A stretch of 64,000 nucleotides of DNA from an uncultured Negativicutes bacterium (lineage in GTDB: Bacteria; Bacillota; Negativicutes; JBAXTZ01). This document shows, one piece after another, positions 9,553 to 19,529 of this stretch (positions within the stretch are counted from its first letter, which is position 1; each line of letters opens with the position of its first letter). The position numbers and the translations under genes are program-made. The DNA lies in NCBI GenBank assembly GCA_963721525.1, contig CAVRJL010000006.1, forward strand, positions 29,877 through 93,876, in the 5' to 3' direction. Below the pieces are notes generated by a model. The model ran no database searches and was not told where the DNA came from. It saw nothing but the letters and a program-made list of their open reading frames with translations.

Positions 9553-10812
9553 TCATCTTGTATAACTATTCCCTAAACCATAGCTTATAATTTTATCAAC
9601 TAATCTCATAAAAGCTCGAACTGCTGTTTCTATATTATCATCTGAAGTATTTTCCTCTTTGCAATGGGATAACCCTCGTTCAGACATTACGAACATCATA
9701 ACTGTGGGCAGTATCTTAGACATTTCAGCTGCGTCATGTAATGGACCAGAATAAATTGTTGTTCTTTCACCAGTTTCTTCCACTACTGCTTCTTTACAAT
9801 ATTCAACTAATTTCGAATCAAATATAGTAGGATCAATAGTCCAAATTTTTTCCCATACGGCTTTGACTGAATATTCTTTAGCAGCTATTTCTACAGCTTT
9901 TCTAGCTTCTTCATTCATTAATAACAATTTACTTTTATCAATAGAACGCTGGTCAAGAGAAATAATACAACTTTCCGGGACAATAGTTACTATATCTGGT
10001 CTTATAGCTACTTTGCCCACAGTACATACTCCCTCGTACTTTAAAGCTATTTCTCTGAAAGCTAGAGCCGACTGTGCTGCTGCCAAAAATGCATCTTGTC
10101 TTAATAAGGTTGGAAATGATCCGGCATGCGCAGCTTGTCCTTCAAATTTAATATAATATCTTTCCACTCCAGTTATTCCATAAACACAGGCAATAGTTTT
10201 TTTATTGCTTTCTAATATAGGTCCTTGCTCAATATGTAATTCCGCAAAACCCAATCCTTTTCTTTTCTTAAATTGAGTATGTGCGTTCTCTATAGTATTT
10301 AAGTTGACACCATATTCAGCTAAAACCTCTCCAATCTTATATCCGTTATTGTCAATTCTATGGATAATTTCACGTATATCTAATGTACCGCTTGCTGCCG
10401 ATGACCCCATTAAACTACGACCAAAACGTGCTCCTTCTTCATCAGCCCAATTTACTGCATAAATAGTTTTTTTCGGACGAATTCTACTATATCTCTTAAT
10501 GACTTCAAGCGCAGTGACTGCCCCTAAAGAACCATCTAGCCAACCGCCATTAGGAACACAATCAATATGGCTTCCGATTATAATAGATTCTACTGTTTCT
10601 CCAGTTAATTTTGCCCATGTATTTCCCGCTGCATCAATTGTTACCTTAGCTCCATATGATGTAGCTTTATTTGCAAACCAATTACGTGCTTTTTGCCAAA
10701 CGGGAGTCCAAGCTACTCGTTGAGCTCCATATTCGTTCGAAGTTAACTCAGCTAGTTCACGTAAGTTAATAATTACATTTTTGCCTGCATTGATTAAAGA
10801 ATCTTTTTTCAT
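9553..10812 (-). CDS. pydC: Zn-dependent M20 amidohydrolase, N-carbamoyl-beta-alanine amidohydrolase (beta-ureidopropionase)
   Basis: GSHIDCVPNGGWLDG, DEEGARFG, ELHIEQGP, AHAG, HDA, SHCKEE; lies between dihydropyrimidinase and preA. Confidence 0.85.
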   Translation of the reverse strand: MKKDSLINAGKNVIINLRELAELTSNEYGAQRVAWTPVWQKARNWFANKATSYGAKVTIDAAGNTWAKLTGETVESIIIGSHIDCVPNGGWLDGSLGAVTALEVIKRYSRIRPKKTIYAVNWADEEGARFGRSLMGSSAASGTLDIREIIHRIDNNGYKIGEVLAEYGVNLNTIENAHTQFKKRKGLGFAELHIEQGPILESNKKTIACVYGITGVERYYIKFEGQAAHAGSFPTLLRQDAFLAAAQSALAFREIALKYEGVCTVGKVAIRPDIVTIVPESCIISLDQRSIDKSKLLLMNEEARKAVEIAAKEYSVKAVWEKIWTIDPTIFDSKLVEYCKEAVVEETGERTTIYSGPLHDAAEMSKILPTVMMFVMSERGLSHCKEENTSDDNIETAVRAFMRLVDKIISYGLGNSYTR

Positions 10813-10833
10813 TATTTCCTCTCATTCTTAATT

Positions 10834-12213
10834 TTATGATATTTTCGAACGATAAATAAACTTACCTTCTGGTTGCGTCAAAACTAACTTACCTTTTTCT
10901 ACTATATGTTTTCCGCCTAAAAAAACATGTTCAATCGATCCTTTTTGTATAAAACCTTCATACGGTGTATAATCTACCGTTTGATGTAAATCTTTTACAG
11001 AAATTATCCTCGTTCCTTGAGGGTTATATATGATAATATCAGCGTCTGTGCCGATAGCAATTGTTCCTTTTTTTGGAGCAAGTCCAAAGGTAACTGCAGA
11101 ATTATATGAAGTTAGTTTCACAAATTGATTTAAAGAAAGTTTTCCAGTACATACTCCTTCTGTATACATTAAAGCAAATCGAGTTTCAATTCCAGGTATA
11201 CCATTAGGTATAGTACGAAAGTCCGTATAGTCAGCTATTTTTTGATCAACAAAATTGAATGAACAATGATCTGTAGCAATAATATCGATTAAATCATTTT
11301 GTAATGCCTTCCATAAAATTTTATTATCTCTTCTTTTACGTAAGGGTGGAGACATAACAAATTTTGCCCCTTCTATTCCAGGTGCAATGTAACGTGAATC
11401 ATCTAATAATAAATATTGCGGACAAGTTTCTAAGTATACTTTTTGCCCATTTTGCCTTGCTTTAAGGGCTATATTTAAACCTTTAGCTGAACTAAGATGT
11501 ACTATATATAGTGGGGCTTTTGCTATACAAGCAATTGTTATTGCTCTTGATATTGACTCTGCTTCGAGATCATCTGGTCTAGTTAAGGCGTGGTAAATAG
11601 GATCATTTTGTCCTTTAGAAATTGCTTCTTTTATTAAGGCATTGATAATATCTCCATTTTCGCAATGTACTCCTACTAATATTCCGGATTGGCGAGCTGT
11701 TTTAAATATTTTATACATTGTTTCGTCTTCGATTTGAAATAAATTTTTGTATGCTAAAAATAATTTTATCGTAGATACCCCTGTTGTTTTAGGCAAAGTT
11801 TTAATTTCTTCCACAACCTCATTATTACAATCAGTTATTGCTACATGGAACGCATAATCGGTAAAACATTTACCTGCAGCGCGCATATGCCAACTATCTA
11901 TTGCTTGTTGTAAACTTTGTCCCTTTTTTTGTAAAGAAAAGTCAATAATAGTAGTTACACCGCCCATAATTGCAGCTTTCGTACCGGTAAAAAAATCATC
12001 ACTTGTTGTTACATTTTCAAAAGGCATATCCAAATGAGTATGAGGATCAATTGTTCCAGGAAATAAATAATTGCCCAAAGCATTTATTGTCCTCGCATTA
12101 TCATCTAACAAATCAATGCCTATTTGGCTTATTTTTTCGTTTTCAATTAATACGTCCGCTTTTACAACATCGCTGGCTGTAACTATTGTCCCATTTTTGA
12201 TTAAAAATCTCAT
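10834..12213 (-). CDS. hydA: Dihydropyrimidinase / D-hydantoinase (PydB)
   Basis: PGTIDPHTH, GGVTTIIDF, VHCENG, LYIVHLS, ETCPQYL, MSPPLR, ATDHCSF, IPNGIPGIETR, KKGTIAIGTDAD. Confidence 0.95.
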   Translation of the reverse strand: MRFLIKNGTIVTASDVVKADVLIENEKISQIGIDLLDDNARTINALGNYLFPGTIDPHTHLDMPFENVTTSDDFFTGTKAAIMGGVTTIIDFSLQKKGQSLQQAIDSWHMRAAGKCFTDYAFHVAITDCNNEVVEEIKTLPKTTGVSTIKLFLAYKNLFQIEDETMYKIFKTARQSGILVGVHCENGDIINALIKEAISKGQNDPIYHALTRPDDLEAESISRAITIACIAKAPLYIVHLSSAKGLNIALKARQNGQKVYLETCPQYLLLDDSRYIAPGIEGAKFVMSPPLRKRRDNKILWKALQNDLIDIIATDHCSFNFVDQKIADYTDFRTIPNGIPGIETRFALMYTEGVCTGKLSLNQFVKLTSYNSAVTFGLAPKKGTIAIGTDADIIIYNPQGTRIISVKDLHQTVDYTPYEGFIQKGSIEHVFLGGKHIVEKGKLVLTQPEGKFIYRSKIS

Positions 12214-12597
12214 CACTAGCTCCTTTTTTTGATTATAGTTTACTTTATATTAATCGAAGTAGAAAAGTAACTAAAAAAAATAAACTAAAAAAATAAGTTT
12301 AATGAATTAAAATATCTAATATTATCGATGAAACTCTAGCTATATCTCTTTACACATAAAATATCATAAAGAATGTTATGAGATTTTATTTTAAATTAAA
12401 GAACTGCAATTATAAAAATATACTTCATTATATTACAGTATCTGTAAGAAGCAACATTTTTTATGAGATCTTTTAAAACTAAAATAAATTATATCTTTTA
12501 AGTAAATTTATATTCGTTTAATGCAGAAAATAGATATACAAAAAATTAACTATACTTTTAATACGTTAATTACGATTGACTTTAAAGTGTAGTTTTC

Positions 12598-12632
12598 GAA
12601 ATAACACTTTAGTGAAACTAAAGTGTTATTTC
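12598..12632 (-). terminator. Perfect 15-bp inverted repeat downstream of gmk (probable terminator)
   Basis: gaaataacactttag-tgaaa-ctaaagtgttatttc. Confidence 0.6.
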
Positions 12633-12682
12633 TCCCATCTACATTGGCATTTATAATAATAATTATTTATATACATAATCCA

Positions 12683-13309
12683 TTAATAATTATTAGAATT
12701 ACTATTTACAATTTTCGTTATAAAATCTGTAGTGCGTTCAACTTTGCAATATTCGGCTTTTATTATAGAATAAAATTTTTCAACAGCATCATCTAATACG
12801 TCATTTATAATTATATAGTTATAGTTGTGAGCCATTGCTAATTCTCTTTTCGCATATCCTAATCTTTGTCTTATTATTTTACTCCCATCTGTCCCACGTT
12901 TATTTATTCGCATTATTAATTCTTCAAATGATGGAGGCGCTACAAATATCAATACGGCATGAGGGAACTTAGCTCTGACTTGTAATGCTCCATGTATATC
13001 AATCTCTAAAATAAAATCTTCACCTTTTTTAATACATTCTAATAAAATTTTTATAGGAGTTCCGTAAAAATTACCATATACTTCTGCCCATTCTAATAAC
13101 TCGTCATGATGAATCATTGTTTTAAAAGCTTCTTTTGTAATAAACCAATAATTTTTACCGCTAGTTTCTCCTGTACGTGGTTGTCTTGTTGTTGTCGATA
13201 TAGATAAATTAATTTTAAGTTTTGAATATTGTTCAAGCAATGTTTTTATTAACGTGCCTTTACCTGCACCTGATGGTCCTGAAACTACAAACAAGATGCC
13301 TTCACGCAT
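12683..13309 (-). CDS. gmk: Guanylate kinase
   Basis: VSGPSGAGKGT, STTTRQPR, LEWAEVYGNFYGT, LEID..GA, FVAPPS. Confidence 0.97.
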   Translation of the reverse strand: MREGILFVVSGPSGAGKGTLIKTLLEQYSKLKINLSISTTTRQPRTGETSGKNYWFITKEAFKTMIHHDELLEWAEVYGNFYGTPIKILLECIKKGEDFILEIDIHGALQVRAKFPHAVLIFVAPPSFEELIMRINKRGTDGSKIIRQRLGYAKRELAMAHNYNYIIINDVLDDAVEKFYSIIKAEYCKVERTTDFITKIVNSNSNNY

Positions 13310-13385
13310 TTTTAGCTCCTTATTTTTGTTTACTTATTTATAAATTTTTACCTAGATATTTTTATTAGGCAATAATATGATAAAA

Positions 13386-14207
13386 TTAAAGTATTTCCCC
13401 GTAAAATACTTCTTGTGCGTCTCCAATTTTTAAAATATGATTATTTTCCCCCCACATTAAGTCCAGTGTACCTCCTTCCATTTTAACTTTTACTTCTTTT
13501 TTAGTTTTACCCAAAAGGTTTCCCACAACTACACTTGCAGCTGCTCCTGTTCCGCAAGCAAGAGTACTTCCAACTCCTCTTTCCCAAATACGTATATAAA
13601 TTTCAGAAGGGTTCATTATCTGAACAAATTCAACATTTGTACCCCGGGGGAAAATAGGATATTTTTCTATTTTTTGGGCCAAGTTTTCTAAACTAATTTT
13701 ACTTATATCTTCAACAAAACTAACGCAATGAGGCTCTCCTATATGTATAGCATGCACAATGAGTTTTTTATTGTCAATAATAATTTCTTTGTTTAACGAC
13801 GATTCATCTTCCCTTCCCAACATAGGGATTGAAGACTTTGTCCAATTAGGTTTGCCTAAATCGATACATATTTTATCGTTGTCAAATATTTGGGCTACTA
13901 CTAATCCAGACAGTGTTTCAAAAGAAATATTCGATTTATATTTTATATATTTATATTTATACAAATGTTTTACAAAGCAACGCGCAGCATTTCCACACAT
14001 TCTAGCTTGGGAACCATTGTTATTAAATATTTGCATGTTGTACTCAGTAGTTATTCCCTTTTTAATGAAAACTAATCCGTCTGCTCCGATACCAAAATGT
14101 CTATCGCAAATCCTTTTAACAAGAAAATTAGTTTGTTTATATTCATCTTCTAAATTATCTATTATTATAAAATCGTTACCAAGTCCATGCCATTTATGAA
14201 ATTTCAT
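13386..14207 (-). CDS. dapF: Diaminopimelate epimerase
   Basis: KWHGLGNDF, CDRHFGIGADG, MCGNAARC, TNVEF, WERGVGSTLACGTGA. ATG at 14207 with GAGGA SD. Confidence 0.95.
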   Translation of the reverse strand: MKFHKWHGLGNDFIIIDNLEDEYKQTNFLVKRICDRHFGIGADGLVFIKKGITTEYNMQIFNNNGSQARMCGNAARCFVKHLYKYKYIKYKSNISFETLSGLVVAQIFDNDKICIDLGKPNWTKSSIPMLGREDESSLNKEIIIDNKKLIVHAIHIGEPHCVSFVEDISKISLENLAQKIEKYPIFPRGTNVEFVQIMNPSEIYIRIWERGVGSTLACGTGAAASVVVGNLLGKTKKEVKVKMEGGTLDLMWGENNHILKIGDAQEVFYGEIL

Positions 14208-14280
14208 ATTTTCCTCTTCCTCAACAAAAAAATAGATTTTAAAAATCAAATTTATAAAAAAATATCGATTGAAATACTAC

Positions 14281-14312
14281 CTTTAAATTATACAAACTTT
14301 AAATTATACAAA
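14281..14312. repeat. 16-bp exact tandem duplication
   Basis: ctttaaattatacaaa x2. Confidence 0.8.
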
Positions 14313-14609
14313 TTTTATATATTTTGTTTCTTTTTAAAATACTAAGATATAAATAGCACAGATTATTATTTAGTGTATATATATATAATTTTTATAATAG
14401 AAACCTTGAAAATCTAAAATTATATAAAAATTAATACCAAAATGATGAAAACAATTATTGGTTTGAAAAATTTAATATTGATATAAAAACTTATATATTA
14501 TTATGATAAAATTTCGATTTTTAGAAATTTGTAATGTATGCAAATGAAAAAATTATCTTCATAAAGTTAAAAAAAATTTAATTTGTAGCAATTATAGTTA
14601 GAAGCAATT

Positions 14610-15737
14610 TTACTCTTCTTTTATAAACCAACTAAATAAAAACGCCATCAAAGGTAGCCACATTAAAAAAATAAAAACAGTAGTTACATCATAACAGTCT
14701 GCAATTTTACCTAGTAATATTGTTGCTCCAGCTCCCATTCCCATAGAAAGACCCATAGTAAGAGCTGAAGCAGTGGCAATTTTATTGGGCATAAGTTTTT
14801 GCGATATTACAATTAAGCTTGTCCATGCAGCAGCCATTAAACTATTATTTAAAATTATCAAAAAACAGGATAAATATAATGACGAATTTAAAAATAAAAA
14901 TATTAGTAATGTTGAAGGCAAAGTTGTCCAAAGAATCACTTTTCTACTGCTAAATTTATCTGTGAACACTCCACCAAGATAGGTACCTATCATTCCAGAA
15001 AGTTGAGATAGCGCTAGTATTAACCCACCAAATGATTCATTTTGTCCTCTATAAGCTATAAGATACATTGGTAAAAAAGCTAACACTCCTGAAATTATAA
15101 ACGAACGTAAAAATAACACCATTAGAACCATTAATAAAGAGATAACTATTTTACGACCTATAATAGCTTTAGGATATTGTAAATTTATTTTTGACATTGA
15201 TTTCGCTGCTTTTAATAATGGTAAAAATAATAACAAAGAAGGTAAACAAAAAATAAATTCCAAATTTATTTTTTTACTTAGAAATATGCCCATTATTAAC
15301 GAACCTAATGCTGAACCAACAAACCCACCTAATGTAAATAATCCTATACCTTTGCCAGTATTTTTACCACTGAAATAGTTAGCGCAGCGCGCTCCTTCTG
15401 GATGAAAAACTGAGCTTCCTATTCCGGAAAAAATAATCCATAAAAAAACCGCATAATAATTTTTAACATATATGCACATTAGAAAACCTATTACAGATAT
15501 TAAACAACCTAACGGCATATATATAGACTGATGTTTTCTATCGCTTAAAACCCCAAATATTGGTTGACTGATAGAACCTGTTATCCAAAATACCATAGGC
15601 AAAAAAGACATTTGCGCAAAATTCAAGCCAAATTTATTTTTAAAATAAGGTAAAGCTATTAACAGAGCTCCACTTGGAATATCAACCACTAAATGGCCTA
15701 AAGCCAGTATCCAAACTTTATAAGATATTTTATTCAT
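14610..15737 (-). CDS. MFS transporter, Fsr (fosmidomycin-resistance)-like efflux family
   Basis: GHLVVD, QPIFGVLSDR, GIGSSVFHPEG, F.LGG..G motifs; multi-TM hydrophobic pattern. Confidence 0.8.
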   Translation of the reverse strand: MNKISYKVWILALGHLVVDIPSGALLIALPYFKNKFGLNFAQMSFLPMVFWITGSISQPIFGVLSDRKHQSIYMPLGCLISVIGFLMCIYVKNYYAVFLWIIFSGIGSSVFHPEGARCANYFSGKNTGKGIGLFTLGGFVGSALGSLIMGIFLSKKINLEFIFCLPSLLLFLPLLKAAKSMSKINLQYPKAIIGRKIVISLLMVLMVLFLRSFIISGVLAFLPMYLIAYRGQNESFGGLILALSQLSGMIGTYLGGVFTDKFSSRKVILWTTLPSTLLIFLFLNSSLYLSCFLIILNNSLMAAAWTSLIVISQKLMPNKIATASALTMGLSMGMGAGATILLGKIADCYDVTTVFIFLMWLPLMAFLFSWFIKEE

Positions 15738-15794
15738 ATTTTCTCACATATTAAATTTTTATTTATATTCCATAGCAAATAATTTAATTCAACC

Positions 15795-15824
15795 AAAAAA
15801 AGAAAACCGGCGTTCGCCGGCTTT
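15795..15824 (-). terminator. Rho-independent terminator
   Basis: GC hairpin GCCGGC-GAAC-GCCGGT followed by TTTCTTTTTTT on the minus strand. Confidence 0.8.
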
Positions 15825-15906
15825 AATTCTTATATCCGCACAGTAAATCATCCTCCCCACTTTCGTCCTTCGCCAACAGACGACACTCCCAATGCTTTAC
15901 TGTTTC
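15795..15906 (-). ncRNA. Unidentified GC-rich structured RNA / leader with an intrinsic terminator
   Basis: Closing helix ACAGUAAA/UUUACUGU, inner UCGUC/GACGA stem, terminator AAAGCCGGC-GAAC-GCCGGUUUUCUUUUUUU, own promoter directly upstream. Confidence 0.6.
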
Positions 15907-15912
15907 AAGTTT

Positions 15913-15941
15913 ATTATAATAGTTTTGATAAAATTATTCAA
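15913..15941 (-). promoter_or_regulatory. Sigma-A/70 promoter
   Basis: Minus strand TTGAAT-17 nt-TATAAT, ~7 nt before the structured RNA. Confidence 0.6.
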
Positions 15942-15957
15942 GTAATGCAAAAAAACT

Positions 15958-17154
15958 TCATAAATTTTTTTGTAGTTTAAAAGCCTTAATTAACTCAGGT
16001 ATAACCTCAAACAAATTTCCTACTATTCCATAGTTAGCTACTTTAAATATTGGAGCATCAGAATCTTTATTTATAGCTACAATAATGTCTGAACTTCTCA
16101 TACCTGCGATATGTTGTATTGCTCCGCTAATTCCGCAAGCAAAGTATATTTTTGGACTTACAGTTTTTCCAGTTTGCCCTATCTGTTGAAATGAAGGTAT
16201 CCAACCAGCATCTACGACAGCACGACTTGCTCCTACAACTCCACCTAGTACACTGGCTAACTCTTTTAATAAAATAAAATTTTCTTGCAATTGCAATCCT
16301 CTGCCACCTGCCACAATTATTTTAGCTTCTTCTAGATTACAATTTACTTCATTGTTTTTTATAGTTTTTATAATTTTTGTTTTTAAATCTTTTTCTTCTA
16401 CGGTTGTTTTAAATTTTATAATTTTACCTACTTTTGTAAAATCTTCTTGAGGCTTTTTAAATACTTTAGGGCGAATTGTTCCCATTTGCGGACGATGATG
16501 CGGACAAATAATTGTTGCCATAACATTTCCGCCAAAAGCAGGACGTGTCCATTCAACAAGTCTTTTGTCCATATCGATACTTAAATTAGTACAATCTGCA
16601 GTAAGACCGGTGCTTACTCTACAAGCAATACGAGGGCCTAAATCACGGCCATCAGGTGTTGCTCCCAATAATATAACCGAAGGGTTATTTTCTTTAATAA
16701 GGTCTACAAACGCTTTAGTATAAGTATCTGTTGAATATTGTGTAAAAATTTTATCTTCAATTAAATATACTTTATCTGCACCATTGGCAAAAATATTTGT
16801 ACAAAGGTTTGCGACATCATTCCCTATCAATACTCCACATAATCCTGTTTTTAAATAGCTAGCAAGTTTACTCCCTTCTCCAAGCAATTCTAATGATACA
16901 TCTTTTATTTTATTCTCAAAATGTTCTATATAAATCCATATATCTTTATAGTTATTTATATTTACCGCACCAAATATTTCTTCTTCTTCTCGTAAAATTG
17001 CTTTTTGAGGACATACATTAATGCAAAGACCGCATACTGTACAACTTTCTCCTATTATAGGCTTGCAATCTACCATGTGTATCGCGGAAAAAGGACATTG
17101 ATTTACACACAAACCACATCCTACACATTTCTCTTCAATCACCTTTACTGCCAT
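15958..17154 (-). CDS. etfA: Electron transfer flavoprotein alpha subunit with N-terminal 2x[4Fe-4S] ferredoxin domain
   Basis: CVGCGLCVNQCP / CTVCGLCINVCP, GRDLGPRIA, TGLTADCT, RPAFGGN, QIGQTGKTV, GISGAIQH; SD GGAGGA before ATG 17154. Confidence 0.95.
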   Translation of the reverse strand: MAVKVIEEKCVGCGLCVNQCPFSAIHMVDCKPIIGESCTVCGLCINVCPQKAILREEEEIFGAVNINNYKDIWIYIEHFENKIKDVSLELLGEGSKLASYLKTGLCGVLIGNDVANLCTNIFANGADKVYLIEDKIFTQYSTDTYTKAFVDLIKENNPSVILLGATPDGRDLGPRIACRVSTGLTADCTNLSIDMDKRLVEWTRPAFGGNVMATIICPHHRPQMGTIRPKVFKKPQEDFTKVGKIIKFKTTVEEKDLKTKIIKTIKNNEVNCNLEEAKIIVAGGRGLQLQENFILLKELASVLGGVVGASRAVVDAGWIPSFQQIGQTGKTVSPKIYFACGISGAIQHIAGMRSSDIIVAINKDSDAPIFKVANYGIVGNLFEVIPELIKAFKLQKNL

Positions 17155-17164
17155 ATTTCCTCCT

Positions 17165-17953
17165 CTATCCGCAAGCTTTGCAAAGCATTTCAACTAACAT
17201 TTTTGCTGCTGTTTCTGCAGTTTCACCGCTAATTATTTTACCCTGTCCTCTTTGTTCGGGAGTAAAAATATTTCTAACTTGCGTAGGGCTTCCTATTAAA
17301 CCTAATCGTTTAAAATTGACATCTAACCCCTTTGCAGTAATAACTTCAATGCTTTCTTTCTTAAGTGCTTTTAGGCAACCCCAAACATTTCCTGTGCGTG
17401 GTTCATTTAAAGATTTCACTGCCGTTAGTAAAACAGGAATTTTTACTTCAACTACTTCAAAATAGTCATCTTGTTCTCTATAAACATGTAATAATTTTGT
17501 ATCTTTTATTTCAATTTTTGCTACATAAGTAACCTGGGGAATACCAAGATATTCTGCTATTTCTGGCCCTACTTGTGCGGTATCTCCATCAATAGCCTGT
17601 TTACCGCAAAATACTATATCAAAAGAACCTAACTTCTCTATAGCTTTAGATAAAATATAACTTGTAGCTAATGTATCCGATCCGCTAAATTTTCTATCCG
17701 AAACTAAGACTGCTCTATCCGCCCCCATAACAATACATTCTTTTAACGCTTCTGCTGCTTGGGGTGGTCCCATTGTTATAACTGTTACATTTCCTCCACA
17801 TTGCTCTTTTATTTTCAATGCTCCTTCTAAAGCATGTTTATCAAAAGGGTTTACAATACTTGGTACACCCTGTCTTATAAGAGTATTTGTTGTAGAATCA
17901 ATGCGTACCTCTGTAGTATCAGGTACTTGTTTTATACATACAATCATATTCAT
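17165..17953 (-). CDS. etfB: Electron transfer flavoprotein beta subunit
   Basis: VCIKQVPDT, NPFD, TMGPPQA, GSDTLATS, GKQAIDGDTAQVGP, GLIGSPTQV. Confidence 0.95.
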   Translation of the reverse strand: MNMIVCIKQVPDTTEVRIDSTTNTLIRQGVPSIVNPFDKHALEGALKIKEQCGGNVTVITMGPPQAAEALKECIVMGADRAVLVSDRKFSGSDTLATSYILSKAIEKLGSFDIVFCGKQAIDGDTAQVGPEIAEYLGIPQVTYVAKIEIKDTKLLHVYREQDDYFEVVEVKIPVLLTAVKSLNEPRTGNVWGCLKALKKESIEVITAKGLDVNFKRLGLIGSPTQVRNIFTPEQRGQGKIISGETAETAAKMLVEMLCKACG

Positions 17954-17971
17954 AACATAAATCCCTCTCAA

Positions 17972-19108
17972 TCATTTCAACATAGCGTTTGCTACTATTA
18001 TACGCTGAATTTGGTTTGTGCCTTCATATATTTGCGTGATTTTCGCATTACGCATTAATCTCTCCACTGGATATTCACGACTATATCCATAGCCACCTAA
18101 TATTTGTATCGCATTACTTGTAATTTCCATTGCTACATCTGAGGCATACATTTTTGCCATAGCACTTTCTTTAGAAAATGGCAATCCATTATCTTTAAGC
18201 CATGCCGCCCTATATACCATTATTCGTGCTGCATCTGTTTTTGTTTGCATATCAGCTAACATGAAAGATATTGCTTGATTAGAAGCTATAGGCTTACCAA
18301 ATTGACAACGAGTTTTAGCATAACTCACAGCATGATCAACTGCAGCTTGAGCTATACCTACAGCTTGAGATGCAATCCCAATCCTGCCCCCATCCAAAGA
18401 CGCCATAGCTATTTTAAACCCTTGACCTTCTTTGCCAAGTAAATTTTTTTTAGAAATACAACAATTTTGAAATACTAATTCCATAGTAATAGATGTATTT
18501 ATTCCCATTTTATGTTCACGTTTCCCGAAAGTAAAACCTGGCGTCCCTTTTTCTACAACAAAAGCAGAAATTCCTCTAATTCCTTTTGCTTTATTAGTCA
18601 TAGCAATTACTATATAAGTTTCTGCCTCACCACCGTTTGTTATGAAAATTTTATTTCCATTTAAAACATATTCATCACCAACTAAAATAGCAGTTGTTTC
18701 TTGAGCACTAGCATCGCTACCTGCATTGGCTTCAGTCAACCCAAAGGCTCCTAAATTTTTTCCTTCGCAAATAGGTATTAAATACTTTTGTTTTTGATTT
18801 TCAGTTCCATAAATAAATATTGGCCATGCACATAATGAGGTAGCCCCTATAGCTAAACATGTGCCATCATCATATTTACTTAATTCTTCATTAGCTATTA
18901 TATAACTTAGATAATTTGCGTTAGCACCACCATATTCTTTTGGAAACGGCAAAGCTTGAACTCCTAATTTTAGCATTTCATTAACAAGATGACGATTAAA
19001 TTCTTGTTTTTCATCACGCTCGACAATAGTAGGAGCTAATTTTTTTTCTGCAAACTCTTTGCAAAGTTTTTTAATTAATATTTGCTCTTCTGTAAATCTA
19101 AAATCCAT
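17972..19108 (-). CDS. bcd: Acyl-CoA (butyryl-CoA-type) dehydrogenase
   Basis: GAFGLTEANAGSDA, NGNKIFITNG, KMGI, LDGGRIGIA, GGYGYSREYPVERLMRNAKITQIYEGTNQIQR; operon with etfBA. Confidence 0.9.
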   Translation of the reverse strand: MDFRFTEEQILIKKLCKEFAEKKLAPTIVERDEKQEFNRHLVNEMLKLGVQALPFPKEYGGANANYLSYIIANEELSKYDDGTCLAIGATSLCAWPIFIYGTENQKQKYLIPICEGKNLGAFGLTEANAGSDASAQETTAILVGDEYVLNGNKIFITNGGEAETYIVIAMTNKAKGIRGISAFVVEKGTPGFTFGKREHKMGINTSITMELVFQNCCISKKNLLGKEGQGFKIAMASLDGGRIGIASQAVGIAQAAVDHAVSYAKTRCQFGKPIASNQAISFMLADMQTKTDAARIMVYRAAWLKDNGLPFSKESAMAKMYASDVAMEITSNAIQILGGYGYSREYPVERLMRNAKITQIYEGTNQIQRIIVANAMLK

Positions 19109-19529
19109 AAATAAGTCTCCTGAAATTTAAATGTAGTTAATTTTAACAACAAATGATAATAATAACAATTTTAAAAATTTATAGGTTAAATTAATTTAAT
19201 TTTATTCTCATATTATTATTATTTAAAATTATATTATAAAAAATAAAAATAGAGTTTACTTTTAATTATCCATATATTGAACCGAGGATAAGAGCATTAG
19301 GTTAGTATTGTATAAATTGTATAAATTGATACTTTCTCAAAGCATCTGTTATAGCTATAAAATATTCATTGAAAGAAAGCGTAGTTTAAAGATAAAATGA
19401 ACTATAAGATATAAAGAAAAACCAAATATTAACGAATATTATTTTTATTGTTTTAATTTTTTTTGTTTGTTATCATGCCATTGTTAATAATAATGTATAA
19501 AATTAAAACTAGGAGTTATTATAATCATT

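Noticed and set aside
15795-15906. Identifying the structured RNA as a ZTP riboswitch, 6S RNA or SRP RNA
   Set aside because: It lacks the GACUG and CCGCCUGGGC ZTP cores, is too short for 6S, and has no SRP GGAAG/AGCAG loop.
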